This document shows positions 9,750-18,609 of a stretch of DNA of 47,792 nt, one piece after another. A program made the position numbers and the translations under genes. The DNA comes from Nitrospirota bacterium (lineage in GTDB: Bacteria; JACPQY01). The notes under the pieces are model-generated. The model made no database searches. It worked only from the letters and a program-made list of their open reading frames with translations, and had not been told where the DNA came from. Position 1 is the stretch's first letter. The number at the start of each line of letters is the position of its first letter. The stretch covers positions 62,001 through 109,792 of the forward strand of contig JACPAV010000021.1 of NCBI GenBank assembly GCA_016180645.1. Reading direction: 5' to 3'.

Positions 9750-10208
9750 CTACGCTGCGAGTCTCTTCGCCTCCCGGTAGGGTAGGCGGTGGAGCTGGAC
9801 GATGTGCGGGAACATCTGCTGATCGCACTGCTCCACGTGCTGACGGACGAGTCGGATGACCACATCCAGCACCGTGGCGGCCTTCGCCGGCTCCGGCTGC
9901 CAGGGGAAACTGGCCACGAGTCGCGTGATCTTGCGTATCTGTTTCCGCGTGTCGCGCGCCATGGTCAGAAAAAGCGTCGATTGGAAACTCTTGTCTGTGA
10001 GCGTTTCCTCGAAGAATCGTTCTTCCACGTCGAGGTGGAGCGTGAGACGGTGGCACACATCCTGTGCGAGTTGCTTGAGCGATCCAAGCCCCCGTTCAGG
10101 GTGCTTGATGAGCCGATCGCATTGGTTGATGCCGATTCTCAGCAAGTCATGGTCCAGCTCGAAGCGATCCAGTTGGACCTGAATAGGTCCCCCTTCTGCG
10201 CTTGCCAT
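9750..10208 (-). CDS. Hemerythrin-like (HHE) domain protein with altered ligands
   Basis: DHDLLR, HLDVEERFF, QHVEQCDQQMFP pattern; AAGGGGG SD before ATG 10208. Confidence 0.65.
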   Translation of the reverse strand: MASAEGGPIQVQLDRFELDHDLLRIGINQCDRLIKHPERGLGSLKQLAQDVCHRLTLHLDVEERFFEETLTDKSFQSTLFLTMARDTRKQIRKITRLVASFPWQPEPAKAATVLDVVIRLVRQHVEQCDQQMFPHIVQLHRLPYREAKRLAA

Positions 10209-10448
10209 ATGGTTTTCCCCCTTGGTTCCATCCCTGGCGGTCGCCCGCCTTGGCGGAGCCGATTGGACCTCCATGCGCGCTTGTCTTCCACGCCCTCCAG
10301 GCGTGGCCGTGTTCCGCGATCGCGCCTCTTCTTGAGGCGTCTGCAAGCTTTACCATCCCTGTCATCCCCTTATTCTACCTCTCTACTATTAGTGACCCCT
10401 GGTCATTGATTATTACTACCCGTCACTACCTGACCTACATGATCTAGT

Positions 10449-10464
10449 AGCAAGAAGCATGCCT
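10449..10464 (-). promoter_or_regulatory. Sigma-54 (-24/-12) promoter candidate
   Basis: Minus strand reads AGGCATGCTTCTTGCT, i.e. GG-N10-GC, close to TGGCACG-N4-TTGCW. IHF-like site and inverted repeats lie upstream. Confidence 0.65.
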
Positions 10465-10699
10465 ATACTGGCCGTGGTACAAGGTCAATGGGTGCCGTCA
10501 CGTAACGATTTGAAATCTCATGCGAAGGCAGGTGGGCGAGTTGCTTCCACTGCCATTGTGCCGTTGTTTTAGGCATTTAGCTGTGGGGTTTTGTGACCCC
10601 ATGCCGGACTGTTCAGTCATATTGACCCCGGCTATGCCGATTCATCACCATCTAGACCCCCATAGTTCTAATTGTCCGAAATCCGAAAAACTTTAGGCA

Positions 10700-10845
10700 A
10701 GCGTTCAGCCATCAGCTCTCAGCCGTCAGCTTGCTGCTCTGCGAAGCGCTACGCAGCACGAGTCCAGTCAAAGAACAGGGCAGTGAAGGTTCCGAAGCGC
10801 GGCACGGCCTCAGCCTCCGAAGCTGATGGCTAAACGCTGATCGCT
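10700..10845. repeat. Inverted heptamer-array element (AGCnnTC arm ... GCTGAnn arm)
   Basis: agcgttc agccatc agctctc agccgtc ... gctgatg gctaaac gctgatc. Same family at 38967-39058 and 7155-7186. Confidence 0.75.
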
Positions 10846-10855
10846 CCTGTTTTTT

Positions 10856-11141
10856 CTATTTCTCGGCGAAGAAGCCCGCGAGAAGGCGGTTGACCTCTTC
10901 CGGGGCCTCCTGCTGAGTCCAGTGTCCCAGTCCCTTGAGAACCTCCACCCGAAGGGGCGCCGCGACGTAGCGATCCAGCCCGCGCGTCAGTGCCGGCGAA
11001 CGCCCGCATCTGATGACGCCAACTGTACCAGAACTCGGGAAACCCATGGAGGAAGAGAATGGGGCGCCCCTCGCCGGCCTCCACCACATGGAATCGAATC
11101 CCGTTCGCTCTGACGAAATGCTTTCGAAATCCGCTGTCCAT
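10856..11141 (-). pseudogene. Epoxide-hydrolase-like alpha/beta hydrolase remnant with a large internal deletion and frameshift
   Basis: N-terminus (FLHGFPEFWYSWRHQ) is in one frame and C-terminus (GHWTQQEAPEEVN) in another, joined near 10990. The catalytic core is absent. Confidence 0.85.
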
Positions 11142-11244
11142 GGGAAGAGGGTAGGCGGTCCGGACGCTCGGATCAATCCCTCGTGTAACGCGATGGTGTG
11201 CGGCGAACTTGAGCGGGGAGGCCGATGGAAGTAAGCTCGTCACC

Positions 11245-12216
11245 ATGAAGCCTCGAATCTTGGTGACGATGGGCGATCCGTATGGGGTGGGCCCGGAGGT
11301 GGCGGTGAAAGCGCTCCTCTCGAAACGGCTTCCATCGGCCAACTACTCCATCGTGGGCAGCCGCGCCGTTTTGGATTCGGCGCTTCGGGCCGGCGGACGG
11401 AAACGGAGCGCCGTGGACGTGATCGAGCCTGACGGCGTGGAGGTCCCCGAGGACTTTCAAAAACCCCGGGCGGATGCGAGAGGTGGAGCCTACGCGGTGG
11501 CCTGTATCCGTGCCGCGGTCGATCGGATCCGGCGGGGTGAAGCCGATGCTGTTGTCACGGCGCCCATCTGCAAGGAGTCCATGCATGCAGCCGGTTATCG
11601 ATGGCCGGGGCATACCGAAATGCTGGCGGAGTTTACACAGGCTCCGTCGCACGCCATGATGTTTTCCGGTCCAAGATTGAAAGTTTCCATTGTGACGATT
11701 CACATGGCGTTGCGGGCGGTGCCATCGAGTCTGAGCGTGGAAAAAGTTTTCCAAACGATCGCGCTGACCCATGCCGGGCTCCGGGATTGGTTCGGCATTC
11801 GGCGGGCCAGGATCGCCGTGGCCGGGCTCAACCCTCACGCGGGAGAAAACGGGGCCTTCGGCTCCGAGGACGCGGAGTACATCCGGCCGGCCGTGGAGAA
11901 GGCGGTGCGCGAAGGCATCGGCGCGGACGGTCCACTCCCCGCCGATGCGATGTTTCACCGTCTCTACGAGGGAGAATTTCACGCGGCCGTTTGCATGTAT
12001 CACGATCAGGCGCTTGCACCCTTCAAGATGATTCATTTCAAGGACGGCGTGAACCTGACACTGGGCCTTCCGTTCGTCCGCACCTCGCCCGATCATGGCA
12101 CGGCGTTCGATATCGCGTGGAAGAACCGGGCGGATCCATCGAGCATGATGGCGGCGATCCGCCTTGCGGCAGAATTGGCCGGGCGTACAGCGAAGAAGCG
12201 CAGGTCTTCCTCATGA
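11245..12216 (+). CDS. pdxA: 4-hydroxythreonine-4-phosphate dehydrogenase
   Basis: TMGDPYGVGPE, TAPICK, GHTE, GLNPHAGE, MYHDQ, RTSPDHGTAFDIA. Confidence 0.96.
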   Translation: MKPRILVTMGDPYGVGPEVAVKALLSKRLPSANYSIVGSRAVLDSALRAGGRKRSAVDVIEPDGVEVPEDFQKPRADARGGAYAVACIRAAVDRIRRGEADAVVTAPICKESMHAAGYRWPGHTEMLAEFTQAPSHAMMFSGPRLKVSIVTIHMALRAVPSSLSVEKVFQTIALTHAGLRDWFGIRRARIAVAGLNPHAGENGAFGSEDAEYIRPAVEKAVREGIGADGPLPADAMFHRLYEGEFHAAVCMYHDQALAPFKMIHFKDGVNLTLGLPFVRTSPDHGTAFDIAWKNRADPSSMMAAIRLAAELAGRTAKKRRSSS

Positions 12217-13148
12217 ATCTGAGTCTTGCAGCGGGATTCGCCGCCGCGCTCATCGCCGGTCCCTCCGATCTCAAAGAAGACCTTCGGGCCTCCGTACTCA
12301 CGCAGATGAAGGAGGCCGCCCTGCGCCCGCTCGACGCCAAGACTGTTCTTGTGAAGGAGGCCAGGGATACCCGCCAGTACGAGGTATCCTACCTCGGCGG
12401 GGACGGCGTCAGGGTTTTCGGATCTCTCCACAAGCCGCTTGGCGTGGAAGGCGTTCCCCTGGTTCTGCTCGTGCACGATTTCGGGGAAGGACGGCTGGAG
12501 GAGTTCGCCAAAGATCTGGCCCGCGCGGGATTTGGGGCTCTCGCCATCGACCTCCGCGGCCACGGTCACAGTTCGGGCGACGCCGAGGTCATCACCAAAG
12601 GGTGGATGCGTGAATCGATACGGGGTACGCCGCGCCAGCCGTCGCTCCAATCGGCGGTGGATGTGGCCCAGGGGATCAGGCTCTTGAGGGAAGAGACCCC
12701 TGCTGTGTTCGCGGCCGGGATCGGCTTGGGGGCAAACTTGGTATGGATCGCCTCCCAGAGCCAACCGGTGAGGGGTGTGGCGCTTGCGGGGCCGCTGTTC
12801 TGCGGCGAAACAGTTGATCTGATCCTGTCGGGTCGGGCTTCCGGTTCCCGCGCGGTGCAGGACCTCGCCGGCGAGGAGGCGGACACCATTCGATGGTTTA
12901 CAGGTTTCTTTCAGTTGGACCGCTACCCCCAGCGCGTGCCCATCCTGCTGGCCGAGGCGGTGACGGATGCCATCACGCCGAGGCGATGTATCCAGCGATG
13001 GATCGCCGGCATCCCGAGGACTGTTCCGGTTGAGATCGTGCCTCTCGCGCACCGGGGACAGTTCGTGTCCGGCGAGTGGACGAAGGCGATGGTCGGTTGG
13101 TTTGAGAAGATCCTCTCCGGGGGCCGCCCGACCAAGAAGAAAAAATAG
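12213..13148 (+). CDS. Exported alpha/beta hydrolase-fold protein lacking the nucleophile Ser
   Basis: ATGA overlap with pdxA; hydrophobic N-terminus; LLVHDFG, IDLRGHGHS; nucleophile elbow reads GIGLG rather than GxSxG. Confidence 0.7.
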   Translation: MNLSLAAGFAAALIAGPSDLKEDLRASVLTQMKEAALRPLDAKTVLVKEARDTRQYEVSYLGGDGVRVFGSLHKPLGVEGVPLVLLVHDFGEGRLEEFAKDLARAGFGALAIDLRGHGHSSGDAEVITKGWMRESIRGTPRQPSLQSAVDVAQGIRLLREETPAVFAAGIGLGANLVWIASQSQPVRGVALAGPLFCGETVDLILSGRASGSRAVQDLAGEEADTIRWFTGFFQLDRYPQRVPILLAEAVTDAITPRRCIQRWIAGIPRTVPVEIVPLAHRGQFVSGEWTKAMVGWFEKILSGGRPTKKKK

Positions 13149-13161
13149 GAAGGAAATTCCG

Positions 13162-14376
13162 ATGAAACACGTCTTGCTGGTGGCGGATGGGATGCCGGAC
13201 GAGCCGATTCCCTCGCTGAATGGAAAGACCCCTTTGGAGCACGTCGCCACTCCGAATCTCGACGCCCTCGCGGGCCGATCCCTACTCGGTGTCACGTATC
13301 CGATTCCGGATGGGTTTCTCCCCGGCAGCGATATCGGGAATTTGAGCCTCATGGGATACGATCCCCACGTCTATTTTACGGGGCGATCACCGCTCGAAGT
13401 GATCGACATGGGAGTGGATCTTCAGGAGGGGGACGTCGCGTTCCGCATGAATTTTGTCACGATGAGCGGTCTCCCCGATCGTCCGCAGATCGAGGACTAC
13501 AGCGCGGGCCACATCACGGATGCCGAGGCGTTCCAGCTTCTCGCGGAGGTCCGCACGCGATTGCGCGCGGATGACATCCATTTCGCGCGCGGGGTGAGCT
13601 ACCGCCACGCGATGATTTGGAATAAGGGACCGAAAAACCTGAAGACGACGCCGCCGCACGACATTCAAGGCGTGCCGACGGAAGGCCACTGGCCGGAAGG
13701 GGAAGCCGCGGAGCGGTTGTCGGACATGATTCGGCGCTCCTGGGAAATTCTGGCCGGGTCGAGCGTCAACCGTATCCGCTCGCAAAAGGGCGAGCCCGCG
13801 GCCAATTCAATCTGGTTCTGGGGACAGGGTACGCGGCCTGCGTTGCCGCTGTTCGAGAAGACGTACGGGATCAAAGGCGCCGCGGTCTCGGCCGTTCCGC
13901 TCCTTCGCGGGATCGGGATCTGCGCGGGACTGAAAATTCTCAAAGTGCCCGGGATGACAGGATGGGTCGACACAAATTACAAGGGCAAAGTGGAGTACAC
14001 GCTCGACTTCCTGGCGAAAGAAGGCGACTTCGTGCTCCTGCACGTGGAAGCCATCGACGAGTGCGGTCACGTGGGCGACCTGGAGAAAAAATGCCTCGCC
14101 ATCGAGCTGTTCGATCGCGAGGTGGTCAAACCCTTGATGGAGGGGCTGGCCAAGGTGGAGCCTCATCGCGTGCTGGTCACCTCCGACCATCTCACGTATC
14201 TTTCGAGGAAGACGCATGTGGCCGGGCCGGTCCCGTTCATCGCCTTCGATTCCACCAAGCCCATGTCCCCGAAGTCGCTGAAGTTCGGGGAAACGTCCGC
14301 CCGCGCGGCCGGCGTGACGGCCGACCCCTGCCACGACCTCTTGCCGCGGTTCCTGGACGGCCGACTGTTCGGATGA
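13162..14376 (+). CDS. apgM: 2,3-bisphosphoglycerate-independent phosphoglycerate mutase, ApgM type
   Basis: ADGMPD, GKTPLE, PGSD, GRSPLE, TTPPHD, HVEAIDECGH, TSDH. Confidence 0.92.
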   Translation: MKHVLLVADGMPDEPIPSLNGKTPLEHVATPNLDALAGRSLLGVTYPIPDGFLPGSDIGNLSLMGYDPHVYFTGRSPLEVIDMGVDLQEGDVAFRMNFVTMSGLPDRPQIEDYSAGHITDAEAFQLLAEVRTRLRADDIHFARGVSYRHAMIWNKGPKNLKTTPPHDIQGVPTEGHWPEGEAAERLSDMIRRSWEILAGSSVNRIRSQKGEPAANSIWFWGQGTRPALPLFEKTYGIKGAAVSAVPLLRGIGICAGLKILKVPGMTGWVDTNYKGKVEYTLDFLAKEGDFVLLHVEAIDECGHVGDLEKKCLAIELFDREVVKPLMEGLAKVEPHRVLVTSDHLTYLSRKTHVAGPVPFIAFDSTKPMSPKSLKFGETSARAAGVTADPCHDLLPRFLDGRLFG

Positions 14377-15377
14377 TTCCACCACCCCTTTCCGGGATTT
14401 CAGATTTGAAATCTCAAATCTCAAATTGTACCGAGGGGGGGGGCGCAACCCAGAAGGAAGTTCTGGCCCTTCGAGGGGGAGCCCTCGGCGATTTCGTCCT
14501 TTCCATCCCACATTTTCTCGCCTTGCAGGATCATTTTGGGCGACTCACGATCGCGACCCATGCGAAGTACGTTCCCTTCCTGCGCGCGCTTGGGCTTGGG
14601 GAAAAGATTCTACCGCTCGACCGTTCGGATACGACCCGGCTCCTCTATGCCGATCCACCTCAGATCTACGATGGGTTGATTTCCTGGCTCAAGCGGGGAA
14701 CGAAACATCCCACCGTCTTGGGCCGACGGTTCGAAGTGTACGTGTCCAGCGCGGAGGCAACGAACGGGCATGTCGCGGACGCCTACTGGGAATGTCTCAA
14801 ACCCCTTGGAATCCTCCCCCTACCCCCACTGGAGCTCCGTTCACGCTTCCAGATGGGGATGGGAAAGGTGTTTTCGACTTCGGTCGTTCTTCATCCGGGA
14901 AGCGGGGGGGACTGGAAGCGATGGCCTCTGTCCTACTACTTGGAGTTGGCGCGGCGTTTCGCGGAAGAACACGCGGCCGATCGAGTACTCGTGCTGATCG
15001 GGCCCGAGGATGAATCGTGGGCCGGCGATCTGCGAGGCCTGCGACTCCCGGACGGCGTTTCGCTCGTTGAGTCGGACGATATCATGCGGACGGCCGGGAT
15101 GCTCGCCTCCGCCTCCCTTTTCGTGGGCAACGACTCCGGTGTGACACATCTCAGCGCGCTGTTGGGCGTGCCGACGATTGCCATCCACGGGCCGACGTCC
15201 CCGATTGTCTGGGGCGCTCGGGGGCGAGCCGTGAACCATGTATGGGATCCCACGGGGTGCGCCTGCAAGGGCGAGGACGTGCGAAGATGTGTCGATTCGA
15301 AATGCCTGCGACACATCCCGCCAAGCGCCGTTTTGCAGGCGGGCATGATGTTGGCCAATGCTCCTCCTGGCTGTTGA
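14373..15377 (+). CDS. Glycosyltransferase family 9 (heptosyltransferase-like)
   Basis: RGGALGD, LHPGSGGDWKRWP, VGNDSGVTHLSA, GPTSPIVW; ATGA overlap with apgM. Confidence 0.88.
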   Translation: MIPPPLSGISDLKSQISNCTEGGGATQKEVLALRGGALGDFVLSIPHFLALQDHFGRLTIATHAKYVPFLRALGLGEKILPLDRSDTTRLLYADPPQIYDGLISWLKRGTKHPTVLGRRFEVYVSSAEATNGHVADAYWECLKPLGILPLPPLELRSRFQMGMGKVFSTSVVLHPGSGGDWKRWPLSYYLELARRFAEEHAADRVLVLIGPEDESWAGDLRGLRLPDGVSLVESDDIMRTAGMLASASLFVGNDSGVTHLSALLGVPTIAIHGPTSPIVWGARGRAVNHVWDPTGCACKGEDVRRCVDSKCLRHIPPSAVLQAGMMLANAPPGC

Positions 15378-16032
15378 ATCCGCTGGACCTCGTCCTGGAG
15401 CGGCCCTGGCGACGGAAGACGGTCTGCTGGATCAGGAGATCGCCGAGCCAGGGGCCCGGCCGGGGAAGCACTTGGTTCCGCTTTTCGAACAACTTCTTAG
15501 TCGGAGAGGCTTCGGGATTCAGTCCATTGACCTGTACGCCGTGGACGTGGGACCCGGCTCCTTCACTGGAATTCGCGTCGGCCTCGCTTCTCTAAAGGCT
15601 CTGGCTCTGGTGCATCCACGGCCGGCCATCGCCGTATCGTCGTTGGAGGCAATGGCGTGGGATTGTCCATCCGCGGAAGAAGATGTCGTGCCGGTCCTTC
15701 ATTCGCATCGCGACCTCTTTTATGTTGCCCGATTCGGCTGGAAAGAGGGACAAGTCGAGAGACGGATGAAAGACACGCTGGTGCGCGCCGCGGAACTCGT
15801 GGCTGCCATCGCGGGGGGGGGGAGAGGCGTGCGATTCGTGGGGACAGGTCTGAGCCGAATCCCTCCCGAGGTTCGATCAACCCTTGATTCGGTGGGATGG
15901 GCCGACCCGGCCGATGGTGAGCGGATTCCCACGGTGTCCTCCGTGGCCGCGGTGGCCATGGAACATTTCCAAATGGGTCTGGGGGTGGCGCCACATTCCC
16001 TCCAGCCCGCCTATCTCCAGAATCCGTACTAA
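15358..16032 (+). CDS. tsaB: tRNA threonylcarbamoyladenosine biosynthesis protein TsaB
   Basis: LLAVESA, VGPGSFTGIRVG, VSSLEA, terminal LQPAYL. Confidence 0.93.
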   Translation: MLLLAVESAGPRPGAALATEDGLLDQEIAEPGARPGKHLVPLFEQLLSRRGFGIQSIDLYAVDVGPGSFTGIRVGLASLKALALVHPRPAIAVSSLEAMAWDCPSAEEDVVPVLHSHRDLFYVARFGWKEGQVERRMKDTLVRAAELVAAIAGGGRGVRFVGTGLSRIPPEVRSTLDSVGWADPADGERIPTVSSVAAVAMEHFQMGLGVAPHSLQPAYLQNPY

Positions 16033-16047
16033 GTTCTGGAAACGGCG

Positions 16048-17541
16048 GTGGAATTCACTATAATCTCTCCTACAGTGGACGGAGCAGTGAAAGGGAGTGA
16101 GAATCCACCGGCCTCGCCGCAGGTCGGTCTCGAGTTGCCATTCAGCGTTTTAGTCTCGTCGGATGAAATGGAAGCCTACCTCAGTTTCGATCCCAAAGGA
16201 CTTACGCCGGACGATTGGAAAGCCATTTCCCCCCAGGACCTTAAGGAAGAGTTGAGCCGGAAGCGGGTCGTGGCGGGGTTGGTTCCGGCCAAGTTGAATG
16301 AATGTCTCACCCAGATGCAGGAAGGGAAGGATTTTGCCAACGTCATGATTGCCCAGGGGAAACTTCCGGTGGACGGTCAAGACGCCAAGATCGTCTGGCA
16401 CGTTGACATCAAGGATCAAAAATCCTTTACCGATGAAACCACGGGGAAGATCGACTACCGAGAGCGGCATGTCATCAAGTCGATCGGGGCGGGTGCCCTG
16501 TTGGTCGTCAAATCGCCCATGACCCAGGGGTCGGATGGGCAAACGGTCACGGGAAAAGTGATCAAGGCGAAAAAATCCGTCGACGTTCAGCTGGTGGCCG
16601 GCAAGAACGTGGAGGTGAATCAGAACGAGAAGGGTGAGATCGAGTACCGCTCGCTCGCGAACGGCACCTACATCGTTCTGGGCAATCGGATCGACGTGAA
16701 CCAGCAGACCATGATTGCCGGCGACATCGATTTTTCAACGGGGAACATCAAGTGCAACGGCGATCTGAGTATCAAGGGGCACATTGCATCGGGGTTCCGC
16801 GTCGAGGTGGAGCAGCATCTGGACGTGGGAGACATGGTCGAATCGGCTGAAATTATCGCCGGCGGCAATGTGATGCTCCACCGCGGGATCAAGGGGCAGG
16901 ACAAGGGATTCATCAAGTGTGGTGGAAGTCTCCAGGCGCTCTACGCCGAGCGGGCGGTCCTTGAAGTGCAAGGAGACGTTGAGATCGGCAACGCCCTCCT
17001 GGAATGCAAAGTGACGTGCGGCGGGAAAGTGACCGTGCTGAAGGGGAAGGGTGCCATCATCGGCGGTGAAATCCGGGCGGCGAAGGGAATCGAGGCCAAG
17101 AAGATCGGGTCCGACTTCGCCTCCACAACCGTATTGGAAGCGGGCATCGATTTCCTCACAGAAAAGGCGCTCACCGATGTGAATAACAAGATCAAAGCCA
17201 CCCAGGAGAATCTGGGCAAGATCGAACGCGTCTTGTCGCGCGACATCCTGGAAAAAGGCGACCTGAGTTTCATCCCCGAGGACAAGCGGGCCCAGTTCGC
17301 GAAGATCATGGAAACGTGGCGAACCAGTCGGGCGCAGCTCAAGGAACTGACCGAGCAGAAGGTCCATCTTCTGGAGAAAAAGCAGAGCAAAGTCCGCGCC
17401 TTCATTACCGCCCAGGACCAGATGTATTCCCGCGTCAAATTGAAGATCGGCGTTTCCACCATGACGACGGACCGCGAATACAGCCGGGTGATGTTTTACG
17501 AAGACCCGGACGACAAGAAGATCAAGTACAGCTACAAGTAG
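16048..17541 (+). CDS. FapA/DUF342 family protein
   Basis: DEMEAYL, IAQGKLPVDGQDA, IDYRE, GDIDFSTGNI, beta-helix repeats, C-terminal coiled coil. Alternative start GTG 16075. Confidence 0.88.
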   Translation: MEFTIISPTVDGAVKGSENPPASPQVGLELPFSVLVSSDEMEAYLSFDPKGLTPDDWKAISPQDLKEELSRKRVVAGLVPAKLNECLTQMQEGKDFANVMIAQGKLPVDGQDAKIVWHVDIKDQKSFTDETTGKIDYRERHVIKSIGAGALLVVKSPMTQGSDGQTVTGKVIKAKKSVDVQLVAGKNVEVNQNEKGEIEYRSLANGTYIVLGNRIDVNQQTMIAGDIDFSTGNIKCNGDLSIKGHIASGFRVEVEQHLDVGDMVESAEIIAGGNVMLHRGIKGQDKGFIKCGGSLQALYAERAVLEVQGDVEIGNALLECKVTCGGKVTVLKGKGAIIGGEIRAAKGIEAKKIGSDFASTTVLEAGIDFLTEKALTDVNNKIKATQENLGKIERVLSRDILEKGDLSFIPEDKRAQFAKIMETWRTSRAQLKELTEQKVHLLEKKQSKVRAFITAQDQMYSRVKLKIGVSTMTTDREYSRVMFYEDPDDKKIKYSYK

Positions 17542-17650
17542 AATGGAGTCATGTTAGAATGGGGTCATGTGGTCATGTATTCAAAGGGACATGTTCAAAC
17601 GTAGCCTTGCGGAGATGATTCCATGATGACATTGCTACATGGGAACATTC
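17541..17650. repeat. Degenerate short-period (about 8-mer) inverted repeat patch
   Basis: gaatggagtcatgt / gaatggggtcatgt / ggtcatgt ... catgatgacat ... acattc. Confidence 0.5.
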
Positions 17651-17701
17651 TGCGGGGGGAGGTGATGTAAAACAGTCCAGATAGACGTTCCGCTCAATTT
17701 C

Positions 17702-18250
17702 ATGATGGGGCTCTGGTCCGCGCTCGCCGCGGAGAAGCAACTTCGAGCCGGGGGGAATCCCTTTGCGAAAAAATATTTCTGGTGGCCCTTTGCCGCTACG
17801 GCCGTCTTTTTCCTTCCGCTGGGCTTCTACTTGGCTTACCGCTTCAGCGATTGGAGCCTGATGTACTATGTTGAACCTCCATCGGGGAACACGCTTTTTT
17901 CACTCTTTGTCGCCTGCGTGTATGCGGGAGCCTTTGCGGGTGGGTACAGGTTCGGGCTCAGCAAAGTTCGTCTGGGCCAGGTGAAGTGGGGGCGTGTGAT
18001 GGTTGGGCTGATCGCCGCGGGCATCGGGATCTTCTGCCTGGCCACGTGGAATCGGCTCATGAATATCGGCACGATGGCCGAGTACCAGGCCGGAGCAGGC
18101 CGGCCTTTCGCCGAGGTGATGGGTTTGCTCGTGCCGAACGTGATCGTGGGGTCGATCTACGGCGCTCTCATGTTTCTTGCATTGGCTCATTTCCACCGCG
18201 AGGGTCGTCGCCCCTCCCGCCCGGTCGGGTCGGCGGGCGCACCCGCCTGA
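17702..18250 (+). CDS. Hypothetical integral membrane protein
   Basis: Four to five hydrophobic segments and a DWSLMY motif. The true start may lie upstream (see findings). Confidence 0.8.
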   Translation: MMGLWSALAAEKQLRAGGNPFAKKYFWWPFAATAVFFLPLGFYLAYRFSDWSLMYYVEPPSGNTLFSLFVACVYAGAFAGGYRFGLSKVRLGQVKWGRVMVGLIAAGIGIFCLATWNRLMNIGTMAEYQAGAGRPFAEVMGLLVPNVIVGSIYGALMFLALAHFHREGRRPSRPVGSAGAPA

Positions 18251-18609
18251 TGAAGAAGTCGGGGTCGGAGCATCGGGTAGGCACCCGTGAACGGACGCTC
18301 CTCGAAATCGAGTATGAGGCGAGCCGAAACTTCATCTCGGACTTTGCGCTGAACATCTCGCGTGGGGGCATGTTCATTGCCACGCAGCAACCCCTCGATG
18401 AAGGCCAGGAATTTCTGCTCCGATTTTCGCTGCCGGGTTCGGCCCGTCCCATCGAATTGCGCGCGCGCGTCATGTGGGCGAATCGGCAGGACAAGAAGAG
18501 CAACCTGATTCCCGGAATGGGGGTGGCGTTCATGGACCTCTCGGATGAAAAGCGCGCGCAGATCGAGCGATATGTGGAATCCATGCAAGTGACTTCAGGA
18601 AAGAAGTGA
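18250..18609 (+). CDS. PilZ-domain protein (TIGR02266-like, c-di-GMP-binding motifs)
   Basis: RVGTR (RxxxR) and NISRGG (D/NxSxxG), PGMGVAF; TGATG overlap with the upstream gene. Confidence 0.9.
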   Translation: MKKSGSEHRVGTRERTLLEIEYEASRNFISDFALNISRGGMFIATQQPLDEGQEFLLRFSLPGSARPIELRARVMWANRQDKKSNLIPGMGVAFMDLSDEKRAQIERYVESMQVTSGKK

